Of a DNA stretch of 64,000 nt, positions 50,820 through 61,485 are shown one piece after another. The stretch is taken from assembly GCF_963921235.1 (NCBI RefSeq), contig NC_086097.1, positions 218,924,001 through 218,988,000 of the forward strand, read 5' to 3'. How positions within the stretch are numbered: the first letter of the stretch is position 1; every line of letters starts with the position of its first letter. The position numbers and the translations under genes were made by a program. The DNA comes from Mobula hypostoma. Taxonomy: Eukaryota. The notes under the pieces are model-generated. The model was not told the DNA's origin. It worked only from the letters and a program-made list of their open reading frames with translations, and ran no database searches.

Positions 50820-52250
50820 ATCCATAAGGCCAAAAGGCAGACGAGCAGAATTAAGCTATTCAGCACATCAAGTCTGTGCCACCTTTGACCTTGTCTGTTC
50901 CGTTTCCCACTCAACCCCATCCTCCTGCCTTTTCCCTGTAACCTTTCACGCCCTGACTTATCAAGAACCAGTCATTTACCTTAAATACACCCAATGAGCT
51001 GGCATCCACAGATACCGGTGCAATGGACTCCACAGATTAACCACCCTCTGGTTAAAGAAATTCCTCCTCATTGCCTTTCTAAATGGATGCCCCACTGTTC
51101 TGAAGTTGTGCCCTCTGTTCCTGGACTCTCCCTCTATTGGAAACTTCCTTTCCACATCCACTATATCTAGGCGCTTCAATGTTTGTTAAGTTTCTATGAG
51201 ATCCCCCCTCATTCTTCTAAATTCCAACAAGCACAGGCCCAGAGCCATCAAACGTTCCTCATATAATAGGCCTTTTATTCCTGAAATCATTTTTGTAAAT
51301 CTCCTTTGAACCCTCTCCAATGACAGCACATCCTTTCTAAGATAAGGGGCCCATACCTGCTCATAATACTCCAGGTGAGGCCTCACCAGTGCTTTATAAA
51401 GTCACAACATTACATCCTTACTTTCATATTCTTGTCCTTTTGAAATGAATGCTAACATTGCATTTGCCTTTCTCACCACAGATTCAACCTGCAAATTAAT
51501 CTTTAGGGAATCCTGCACAAAGACTCCCAAGTCCCTCTGAGCCTCAGTTTTTTAAAATTTTCTCTCCATTTAGAAAATAGTCAGCCCTTTCATTTATTCT
51601 ACCAAAGTGCATGACCATACAATTCTCAACATTGTATTCAATCTGCCATTTCTTTGCCCCTTCTCCTAATCTATCTAAGTCCTTCTGAAGCCTCCCTGCT
51701 TCCTCAACACTACCTGACCCTTCACCTAGTTTCGTATTATCTGCAAACTTGACCACAAAGCCATTAATTCCATTATCCAAATCATTGACATATAACGTAA
51801 AAAGAAACGGTCCCAACACCAATCCCTGCAGAACACCACTAGTCACTGGCACCCAATTCGAAAAAGCCCCCTTTATTCCCACTCTTTACTTTCTGTCATC
51901 AGCCAATGTTTTAATAATGCCAGTCTGTTTCCTGAAATACCATGGGCTCTTATCTTGCTAAACAGCCCCATGTATGGCACCTTGTTCAAGGCCTTCTGAA
52001 AACCCAAGTACACAACATCCACCTATTCTCCTTTGTCTATCCTGTTTCCTATTTCCTCAAAGAATTCCAACAGATCTGTCAGGCAAAATTTTCTCTTAAG
52101 GAAACCATTTTACTGTGCCTCCTAGTACTCCAAAACCTCATCCTTTACTATTGGTTCTAACATCTTCCCAACCACTGAGGTCAGGCTAAATGGCCTATAA
52201 CTTCCTTTCTTCTGCCTCTATCTCTTCTTGAAGAGTGGAGTGACATTTGG
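50820..52250 (-). mobile_element. CR1-clade LINE RT and 3' half, decayed
   Basis: VTSGVLQGLVLGPFLF...[36 protein letters not shown]. Confidence 0.9.
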
Positions 52251-52883
52251 TATCACTGTGTTGTGACTTTTATCTTTGACATTTTATTCACAAATATTTT
52301 GTTATCTTTAAAATTATTCAATAGTTTTTTAAAAATGTACATAATTTGCATATTTTAAAAAATATCTGAATAACCTCATGGAGATTTAACGCTAGACATT
52401 TACAGCTGCCGAAGGTATAGAACTTTTATCATAGCTTTTCAGTGCAGTTTCAGGGCAAGAAGCACTACTGGAAGCCCAGACACCGTCTAGACAATGATGC
52501 TGGAGTCCTGTATGCGTAAGTCAAGCAGAATTGAATCTCATTGTCCAAAGGGAATAGGAACTGCCATAGATGGATCCTGATTATTGATTCTGGAGAGGGA
52601 ATTGAGGCTGGCAGGAAATGTGATATCAAATTCAAAAGCACTAGGTATAACATTATAATTATAAGGCTGTGGTGGTCATATTGTGATTTGCTACATGAAG
52701 AACATGTGTAGTAAAATGGGAGCAATGTGTTATTTTATCATCTCATATGCACCCTTCTAACTGAAGCAAATTATTGCAAAATTACCCTATTGTTTTGTTA
52801 GTGATGGTCAGGAACAACAATAATAAGTAATGTTGAACAGCACAGTAACGTAGTGGTTAGCACAGTGCATTACAGCTGCAGCT

Positions 52884-53579
52884 CAGAATCAGAATCAGAA
52901 TCACTGGCATGTGACGTGAAATTTGTTAACTTAGCAGCAGCAGTTCAATGCAATATATAATCTAGCAGAGAGAGAGAAAAAAACATAATAATAAATAAAC
53001 AAGTAAATCAATTACGTATATTGAATAGATTATTAAAAAATGTGCAAAAACAGAAATACTGTATATTAGAAATAGTGAGGTAGTGCCCAAAGCTTCAAAG
53101 TCCATTTAGGAATCGGATGACAGAGGGGAAGAAGCTGTTCCTGAATCACTGAGTGTGTGCCTTCAGGCTTCTGTACCTCCTGCCTGATGGTAACAGTGAG
53201 AAAAGGGCATGCCCTGGGTGCTGGAGGTCTTTAATAATGGATGCTGCCTTTCCGAGACACTGCTCCCTAAAGATGTCCTGGGTACTTTGTAGGCCCAAGA
53301 TGGAGCGGACTAAATTTACAACCTTCTGCAGCTTCTTTCAATCCTGTGCAGTAGCCCCTCCATACCAGACAGTGATGCAGCCTGTCAGAATGCTCTCCAC
53401 GGTAAATCTATAGAAGTTTTTGAGTGTATTTGTTGACATGCCAAATCTCTTCAAACTCCTGATGAAGTATAGTCACTGCCTTGCCTTCTTTATAACTACG
53501 TCGATATGTTGGGACCAGGTTAGATCCTCAGAGATCTTGACACCCAGGAACTTGAAGCTGCTCACTCTTTCCACTTCTG
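52884..53579 (-). mobile_element. Rex1/Babar LINE 3' fragment
   Basis: (CAGAAT)n tail on the plus strand. Minus-strand coding VERVSSFKFLGVKISEDLTWSQH. Confidence 0.82.
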
Positions 53580-53776
53580 TCATTCGGGGTTCAATTGCCA
53601 CCATCATCTGTAAGGAGTTTGTACCTTCTCCCCATGATCGCATGGGTTTCCTGTGGGTGCTCTGGTTTCTTCACACGTTCCAAAGACTCATAGTTAGGGT
53701 TAGCAAGTTGTGGGCATGCTATGTTGGTGCTGGAAGTGTGGCAACAATTATGGGCTGCCCAGCATAATCCTCACTG

Positions 53777-53897
53777 CAACACACACAAAATGCTGGTGGA
53801 ACACAGCAGGCCAGGCAGCATCTATATGACGAAGTACATTAGACGTTTCGGGCCAAGACCCTTCATCATGACTAACTGAAAGAAGAGATAGTAAGAG
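53777..53897 (-). mobile_element. Penelope-like terminal unit insertion
   Basis: TSD atcctcactg at 53767-53776 and 53898-53907. Confidence 0.82.
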
Positions 53898-54104
53898 ATC
53901 CTCACTGATTTGATTTGAGGAAAACAACACATTTCATTGTATGATTCAATGTACCTGTGGCAAATGAAGTTAATATTATTCTTAATCTTTCAGTGTTCTG
54001 TTAATCTTTCCTGTCATATATTCTTAGCAGTAAAAATGGTAAAAATGTCCTTCATACAAAGATGAAAGATGGATTGAATTTGGAAACTGGTTTAATCTGA
54101 ATGT

Positions 54105-54142
54105 TAGTCCTGACGAAGGGTCTCGGCCTGAAACGTCGACTG
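54105..54142 (+). ncRNA. Minimal type I hammerhead ribozyme motif (intact), in a Penelope-like terminus
   Basis: TAGTC-CTGACGA-AGGGTCTCGGCCT-GAA-ACGT-C/GACTG. Helix I is TAGTC/GACTG, core boxes CUGANGA and GAAA are present, helix III is the palindrome ACGU, and the GUC cleavage triplet ends at 54137. Confidence 0.75.
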
Positions 54143-54474
54143 CACCTCTTCCTAGAGATGCTGCTTGGCCTGCTGCGTTCACCAGCAACTTTGATGTATG
54201 TTGCTTGAATTTCCAGCATCTGCAGAATTCCTGTTGTTTTAATCTGAATGTAGCAACACACATCAAAGTTGCTGGTGATCGCAGCAGGCCAGGCAGCATC
54301 TCTAGGAAGAGGTACAGTCAACGTTTCAGGCCGAGATACCTTGTCAGGACTAACTGCAGGAAAAGCTAGTAAGAGATTTGAAAGTGGGAGGGGGAGGGGG
54401 AGATCCAAAATGATAGGAGAAGACAGGAGGGGGAGGGATGGAGCCAAGAGCTGGACAGGTGATTGGCAAAAGGG
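54105..54474. mobile_element. Two tail-to-tail Penelope-like terminal units (about 54105-54238 + and 54253-54474 -)
   Basis: Target motif aatctgaa(t/c)gt occurs three times: 54094-54104, 54241-54251 and 54475-54485. Confidence 0.85.
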
Positions 54475-54774
54475 AATCTGAACGTATTTGCTTTGATCTA
54501 AAAAGTATTTCCTCCTATTTTGAAGTAAAATGCCAAAATAAAAGATGGCTTTCTTTAATTAATGGGACTGCCTAAGAAGGGGAAGAAATTAAGAACTTAA
54601 AAATCCTGTTCTTTTTATTTTAATTGGCTTAAATATACAAATATATGGATGATATTTTTAAGCTGTGGGTCTACCAATCTTCAGTTATTGTTGAAGAATG
54701 ATATCCTGTAATCTTTATATGAAAGCAATACCAACATTGTCTGATATTTTAGATGTAGTAGTATTTTAAGTATC

Positions 54775-54880
54775 TGGTAAAAATGTCCTTCTTGCAAAGA
54801 TGAAAAATGGATTGAATTTAGAAACCGGTTTAATCTGATTGTATTTGCTTTGATCTAAAAAGTATTCCTCCTATTTTGAA
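54775..54880 (+). repeat. Roughly 105-bp local direct duplication of 54037-54104 plus 54486-54524 (empty-site copy)
   Basis: tggtaaaaatgtccttc...ggtttaatctgattgtatttgctttgatctaaaaagtattcctcctattttgaa. Confidence 0.85.
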
Positions 54881-55782
54881 AGTTTGAAGATCAAAGCTTG
54901 AATTTCTTGCAAAACATATGTTCCATTTGGTATTGTGGAGAAAAGTTAGAGAAACTTTCAGTGGAAAATTGCATGGTTAAGAGCTGTTTGATTTTTTTTT
55001 CACTTCATAATGAAGTAAATTCCAATGCTTTTCCCAGATACCCATTTCAGAGGACTTTTTCTAATGAAGTGGCTTTTTAACACTTATTTATAATTTGATG
55101 CATGTTATTGAAGTGAAATGTACAATAAAATTGGGATTTATTTGCTCTGTTTGTGAGCTTGGTTTGAATATTTATTTTTATTATTTTTAGTGACATGGTT
55201 TTCCTCTAGCTTTACAGATAAATTTCTTTACACTTTGAAGGAAAATTTCTCTACACTTGTGAAGTAGAAAAATAAGCTGCAAGTATATATTACGCTCATT
55301 AACTGATTTTTTTCATCCATTTGACAGGTTGAAGATAGGTAGTCCAACAGGCAAATTTTCTTAATACATCTAATATTTTAATATATATTCTTGTATGAAA
55401 TTACTGCACTGGATGTGAAACTCTACCTTATACTACATTGATTATAATGTTTTACTGTTTGCAGTGAAATTAACCTTGTATTGTGATGACAACTTTATAC
55501 TTTCATCATTAAGCTATTTCCTTTATACATATTATTTAAAACATTACAAAATTATTGAACTCCAACAAATATGTTACAATTTTAAAGAAAACTAGACAAT
55601 GGGGTGACCTGTTGGGGCACCCTTTGAGACAAGGGTAGTGCAGTCTGATGTGACCAGAATGAACATTAAATTTCCTGTTTGCTATTGCTATCTCTTTGTT
55701 TTGGAAATTAAAGAAGAAAAACTCAGCTTATTAAGAAAGAAAGGAGCATAGCAAGACAAATATGTGACCAAAATGAACATTA

Positions 55783-56660
55783 AGTATCCATGAAGTAAAT
55801 TTGAAGGAGTCGGGCTTGCTGGGTCGGGTCTGGAATTAAATGTCCGATGTAATGATGGACTTGGGCTTGAATAATCACAGAAGGATTCCATCGATTCCTA
55901 GTTGAAATGACTTCTTTGGCACCAAAGAATGTCATTTGGAAGAGGCAGTTGTATTGTCTGATGTTTTTCCTGAACTCGTTTGCAATAGGTTCATCATTGC
56001 TGTACAAATTGAGGAGTTCATTAGGTAGAGGCTGCAATTGCCTATCCTGACCTTTCCCCTCATACAGCAGAAATGTGTGGTTTCTCCAGTGAATAGGAAG
56101 GCACGGCAGTGAGGGCATACTCTGGTCATCGAACCAACATCAGCAGAAATGTGACGGCATGTGAGTCGTGCATTTTACCTTGCTCTTTCTCTGTCGAGGT
56201 ATTGTCGTCGAAAGCAGCCATTGTTGTCTTCAGCAACTCTCGCAATAATTACTCTGTGCCGCATATTCTCCAGTTGATCTTTCCTTTTCTCCTCTGTCTC
56301 TTCCTCTCTCCTTCTTCTCTGCCTGTTTTTGTCATTCTAGAGACACGCAGCCCTTTCATCCTTCGTCTCTTCATCTCTTCTACCATTTGTTCTTTCTCTC
56401 TGATCCTGGAGTTGTGCAGCCCTGGCCTGATCGGATTCTTGTTCTCTGCTCCGTCTGTGCCTATTGTTGTCATTCTGGAGATGCGTATGCCTCTCCTCCT
56501 CTGTCTCATCTTCTCTCATCTTTTTTGTCCTGACTCTTTGATCCTGGAGTCGTGCGGCCCTGGTCTCATCTGATTGTTCTTTCCCTCTCCTTGCCGCTTC
56601 CCGGCGACGTTCGGCATAATCTCTTGACCATAATGTCCCCCTTCTCTTTCCACGTGGCAT
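55783..56660 (-). pseudogene. Helitron RepHel 5' fragment (23-aa charged repeats, zinc finger, helitron N-terminal domain) with stops and a frameshift; Rep and helicase deleted
   Basis: CPHCRAFLFTGETTHFCCMRGKV and FRKNIRQYNCLFQMTFFG...IQAQVHHYIGHLIP...LLQIYFMDT. Confidence 0.85.
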
Positions 56661-56732
56661 AATTAGGCTATCCGTATATTTTTACCCTAATGCTTGATAG
56701 AAGATAGGAAGCAGTAACACCAAAGCCTCCAA

Positions 56733-57015
56733 GCTGCTGAGGCTGGCCGTGTCCATGCGTCATGGTGTCGCGTCGTGGTCTCCATGGAAGGTGGAAGCGG
56801 CTGTGTGAGCATGGTGAGGTGCTGCTGATGCTGGCCGTGTCCATGCGTCGTGGTGTCGCATCGCGGTCTCCACGGAAGGTGGAAGCGGCTGTGTGAGCAT
56901 GGTGAGGTGCTGCTGAGGCTGGCCGTGTCCATGCGTCGTGGTGTCGCGTCGCGGTCTCCATGGAAGGTGGAAGCGGCTGTGTGAGCATGGTGAGGTGCTG
57001 CTGAGGCTGGCCGTG
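56733..57015. repeat. 88-bp tandem repeat, about 3.2 copies, inside the Helitron
   Basis: Units start at 56733, 56821, 56909 and 56997 (gctgctga(g/t)gctggccgtg...). Confidence 0.92.
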
Positions 57016-57899
57016 CACATGTGTCGGGCTGTGGCCTCCCGATTTCCATGATGGCCGATCGGGTCTCGGGTGAAAGGCAGCCTGTTGATTTTTGGCAAAT
57101 GAGCAATTTTATACCAATATATAACCCTGAACTTTACCTGCATTCTGTAAGTTAGCGCATTTTAATTCGATTTAGCCAAAAAAAGTGCCGCTGTAATGCA
57201 CCGTTTGGACTAATTGAAGATCACAAACAGACAAACAGACAGAGCATGAGAGTTTTAGTAGTATATAGATAGTTAGCTTGCTTCTTCTATTTGGTCTAAG
57301 CTAGTTCTCCGTTTCTGTTTCTATTTTTATAATTTGACTTGAAAAGTAGATCATATGATAATATCCTCTTTATTTGAACCTTGGATCCCTCAGATCTGTA
57401 TTAGACTGGAATATGAATGTTGAAAGTTAGATTTTAAATTCCTCAAAATGAATCAGACTAATTTTGGCTGAGAGAGAGGACAAATTTTCACTGAGAGTAC
57501 AAATCCCTCGGCTCCAAATCCACAAAGCATGAGGATTACTGGGCTATTTCTTGGATATATTGTAGCTGCTGTCTGATTGCCATCATGAGCTGCTGCGAAT
57601 TCTGTGCCATCAGAAGTTTTCCCAGTGGAATATTCAACAGAGGCTTCATATAAAACAAGCGTACTGCTGGCTAGAATTATTGACTCACTGAGTATCACTT
57701 GAAAGACCTATCATCTCACTGTATATCTCATTATTGTTAGCCAGGTCTTGTTTCTGCAACTGAGCTCTTACAAGTGGCTGCAAAATGCTTTAGAACACTC
57801 TGTTAATAAGTGAGATCCCATACGAACAAAGTATTTTTATGGGCCTACAGTTCATAGAACTACAGGAGGTGTAAGTTCGCACAGCAACTGGAGAAAGTT

Positions 57900-60160
57900 C
57901 TAAGAAGGCCTTTTGTCAGCATTAGGGAAATTATTGGAGAAATTCTCATGGGAAAGAATTCATGTATATTTTGTAAGGTTGGGGCTAATAGTCATAATAG
58001 TCACAGTAATAGTCATATCCTATCTCAGTAATTTGATTGAATTTATTGAGAGGCTAACTAATAACATTAATGAAGGCTGGGTGGTAGATGTCTGTAGGGA
58101 CTTTCGTAAGCCAGTTGACAGGGTTCCTCATGGTAGGCTGGTCTAGAAGTTAAATCACATGGGATCCAAGCAAATTGGATCCAAAATTGGCTTGGTGATG
58201 GGAGGCATTGGGTATGGGAGGATGGAGTGCCTACGTAGTGCTGGAAGGATATGGTTCTCATTGGAAGTCTGTGATCATTGGTTTCCCCAAGTATTGGTGC
58301 CTGGAACCTTGTTGTTTGTTAATGTATATTAGCAACATGGAGGTGAATGCAGAAGGTAGGTTTGTAGGTGATGTGAAAGTTGGTGATGTTATGAAGGGTG
58401 AGAGAAGTTGTTTAAGGCAAGAGCAGGATGCCAATCAGTTGGAAAGTTAGGCACAGCATTGGCAAATGGAATTTAATCCTGATAAGTGTGAGGGGTGTTG
58501 CATTTAGGGGTGGGATGTATATACTAAGTAGTAGAGAGCTAAAGAATATTGATGAACAGAGACACCTGGGGGTTTAAATCTATATTTTCCTGAAAGTGGC
58601 TGAACAGGTCGATAAGGTGGTAGCAAAGGCATATCATAGTCATAGTCATACTTTATTAATCCCGGGGGAAATTGGTTTTCGTTACAGTTGCTCCATAAAT
58701 AATAAATAGTAATAGAACCATAAATAGTTAAATAGTAATATGTAAATTATGCCAGTAAATTCTGAAATAAGTCCAGGACCAGCCTATTGGCTCAGGATGT
58801 CTGACCCTCCAAGGGAGGAGTTGTAAAGTTTGATGGCCACAGGCAGGATTGACTTCCTATGACGCTCTGTGCTGCATCTTGGAGGAATGAGTCTCTGGCT
58901 GAATGTACTCCTGTGCCCACCCAGTACATTATGTAGTGGATGGGAGACATTGTCCAAGATGGCATGCAACTTAGACAGCATCCTCTTTTCAGACACCACC
59001 GTCAGAGAGTCCAGTTCCATCCCCACAACATCACTCGCCTTACGAATGAGTTTGTTGATTCTGTTGGTGTCTGCCACCCTCAGCCTGCTGTCCCAGCACA
59101 CAACAGCAAACATGATGGCACTGGCCACCACAGACTCGTAGAACGTCCTCAGCATCATCCGGCAGATGTTCAAGGACCTCAGTCTCCTCAGGAAATAGAG
59201 ACGACTCTGACCCTTCTTGTAGACAGCCTCAGTGTTCTTTGACCAGTCCAGTTTATTGTCAATTCGTATCCCCAGGTATTTGTAATCCTCCACCATGTCC
59301 ACACTGACCCCCTGGATGGAAACAGGGGTCACCGGTACCTTAGCTCTCCTCAGGTCTACCACCAGCTCCTTAGTCTTTTTCACATTAAGCTGCAGATAAT
59401 TCTGCTCACACCATGTGACAAAGTTTCCTACCGTAGCCCTGTACTCAGCCTCATCTCCCCTGCTGATGCATCCAACTATGGCAGAGTCATCCGAAAACTT
59501 CTGAAGATGACAAGTCTCTGTGCAGTAGTTGAAGTCCGAGGTGTAAATGGTGAAGAGAAAAGGAGACAAGACAGTCCCCTGTGGAGCTCCAGTGCTGCTG
59601 ATCACTCTGTCGGACACACAGTGTTGCAAGCACACGTACTGTGATCTGCCAGTCAGGTAATCAAGAATCCATGATACCAGGGAAGCATCCACCTGCATCG
59701 CTGTCAGCTTCTCCCCCAGCAGAGCAGGGCGGATGGTGTTGAACGCACCGGAGAAGTGCAAAAACATGACCCTCACAGTGCTCGCTGGCTTGTCCAGGTG
59801 GGCGTGGACACGGTTCAGCAGGTAGACGATGGCATCCTCAAACATGGCATCTATGCCATGTTTGCTTTCCTAGGTTAGGGCAGACTATATAAATTTGGGA
59901 TGTTATGTTGAAATTTGCAAAACTTCTAATTTGAAGTACTTTGGAGTACTGTGTGTATTTCTGATTGCCACATTATAAGAAGGATACATTTACCCAAGGA
60001 ATAGGCACAAGAGATTCACTAAGGTGTGACCTGGATTAGAGGACTTCAGTTGGAAGCAGAGATTGGATAGTTTGGTTTGTCATGGAGTTAGACGTATATA
60101 AAATTACAAGAAGCATAAATAAGGTAGATTGTCAGAATCTTTTTTTTTCCATGGTAAGGG
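57900..60160 (+). mobile_element. Old CR1 LINE interrupted by a Rex1 copy (about 58636-59845)
   Basis: YLSNLIEFIE...DFRKPVDRVPHGRLV and WQMEFNPDKCE. Continues after about 59860 with an LEYCVYF-type segment. Confidence 0.65.
58636..59845 (-). mobile_element. Rex1 retrotransposon, 5'-truncated, with an open 353-aa RT C-terminal ORF (58784-59845)
   Basis: TGAPQGTVLSPFLFTIYTSDF, LQKFSDDSAIVG, LNVKKTKELVVD, YKYLG. (ATGACT)n tail. Confidence 0.92.
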
Positions 60161-60681
60161 TACTGAAAACAAATTAAATGTAAGGCAAATGGAATTTGTG
60201 TAAAAGGGCAAATGAGGATGGCACACACACAGTGAGCTGATTGGCCTGTTGCTTTGCTCTTTGACTTGGTGACTGTATAACTCTGCAACAAGCTGTAAAG
60301 ATTTGGTAATGCCAAGCGCAGGTGAGCTAAGTACTTGACTTAAGACATAATATTCCTCTGGATTTACTTGCCTTTATAATCATAAGAGAGCTTCCATCTC
60401 TGGCTCTCTGATAGGTCAGTTTTTCTACAGTTTCCACAACCGTAGATTGCATCACAGAACTGCAGAATGCACAGGAATTCAGACACCTGCAAATCTGACC
60501 TCTTGTTCCTCCACTGGACTGGCACTGAGTTTGGTGCAGACTCAGCAGACAAACAAGAGCCACAAACACATTTTATCCGGCCTGTCTCCTCCACTCCAAT
60601 CACATCTGGCATGTGCAGCACAGGTCCATTCATTTAAATGGGGTCGTACTGAAGGGGCAGTCAAGATTGAGGATTTTAGTT

Positions 60682-61045
60682 AACACCATAAGCTCATGAG
60701 ATACAGGAGCAGAATTGACCATTTGGCCCATTGAGTCTGCTCTGCCATTTCATCATGGCTGATCCAATTTTCCTCTTGGCCCCAATCTCCTGCCTTCTCC
60801 CCATATCCCTTCATGCCCTGACCGGTCAAAAATCTGTCAACCTCTGCATTAAATATAATTAAACACTTGGCCTCCATAGCTACCTGTGGCACTGAATTTC
60901 ACAGAATCTCCTCGTCTCCGTAATAAAATGACGCACCTCTATTCTGAGGCTGTGTCCTCTGGTCTTAGACTCTCCCATCATAGGAAATATCCTCTCCACA
61001 TCCTCTCTATCAAGGCCTTTCACCATTCAATATGTTTCAATGAGG
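60682..61045 (-). mobile_element. CR1 LINE 3' end
   Basis: FNAEVDRFLTGQGMKGYGEKAG, with 3' UTR aggagcagaattgaccatttggccc. Confidence 0.72.
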
Positions 61046-61485
61046 AAAATTTATTTTTTCTTCATTTGGCTTTGTTTCTATTTTAGCTATTTTCATTTCA
61101 AGTTATATTTAATTATTTATCTTATAATCTCTATAAGATAATTAAGTAAGTTCCAACTTTTTCAAGAGTTCATTTGGTCTTGGGAAGTATGAGCTTCTAT
61201 TCGAGTTGCTGCGTGGGGCATGGTGTGGAGATGCACTGTTCTACTTCATGGGGTAGCTGTAACTGAAGGGCCTCCAGGGCAGTCAAAAATGCAAAGCACT
61301 TTTGCAGGATGGGTGCAGGTGGTGGGGCATCACAAGTGTACGGTAGTTTAGTTTAACAGCAGCCATAGTTTGGTTTCAAATATTTGTGTTTTTTGATAAG
61401 AATTGTTATTTACTTCCCAATGCAGCTGTGGTACAACTTGAATCACCAGTAGCTCCTTAATTCTGCTTTTTGCACCAAAGAAGTA

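Larger units (their letters stand above)
52838..53972 (+). mobile_element. tRNA-derived V-SINE split by a Rex1 insertion (about 52884-53579) and a Penelope unit (53777-53897)
   Basis: Box A-like gtaacgtagtggttagca at about 52845. Box B-like ggggttcaattgcc at about 53585. V-core ggagtttgtaccttctcccc...tgggtttcc...ctctggtttc. Confidence 0.7.
55592..57269 (-). mobile_element. Non-autonomous Helitron with both termini
   Basis: Minus strand starts A|TCTATATACTAC and ends GGGTGCCCCAACAGGTCACCC (hairpin)-CATTGT-CTAG|T. Inserted between A and T with no TSD. Carries a RepHel N-terminal fragment. Confidence 0.88.

Noticed and set aside
52838..52885. tRNA gene
   Set aside because: Only a box A-like head of a split SINE; no cloverleaf can be formed.
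56733..57015. CRISPR-like array
   Set aside because: The units are contiguous with no unique spacers, there are no cas genes, and the context is eukaryotic.
56668..57143. Three overlapping His/Thr/Arg-rich ORFs
   Set aside because: Artefact of the 88-bp tandem repeat rotating through reading frames.
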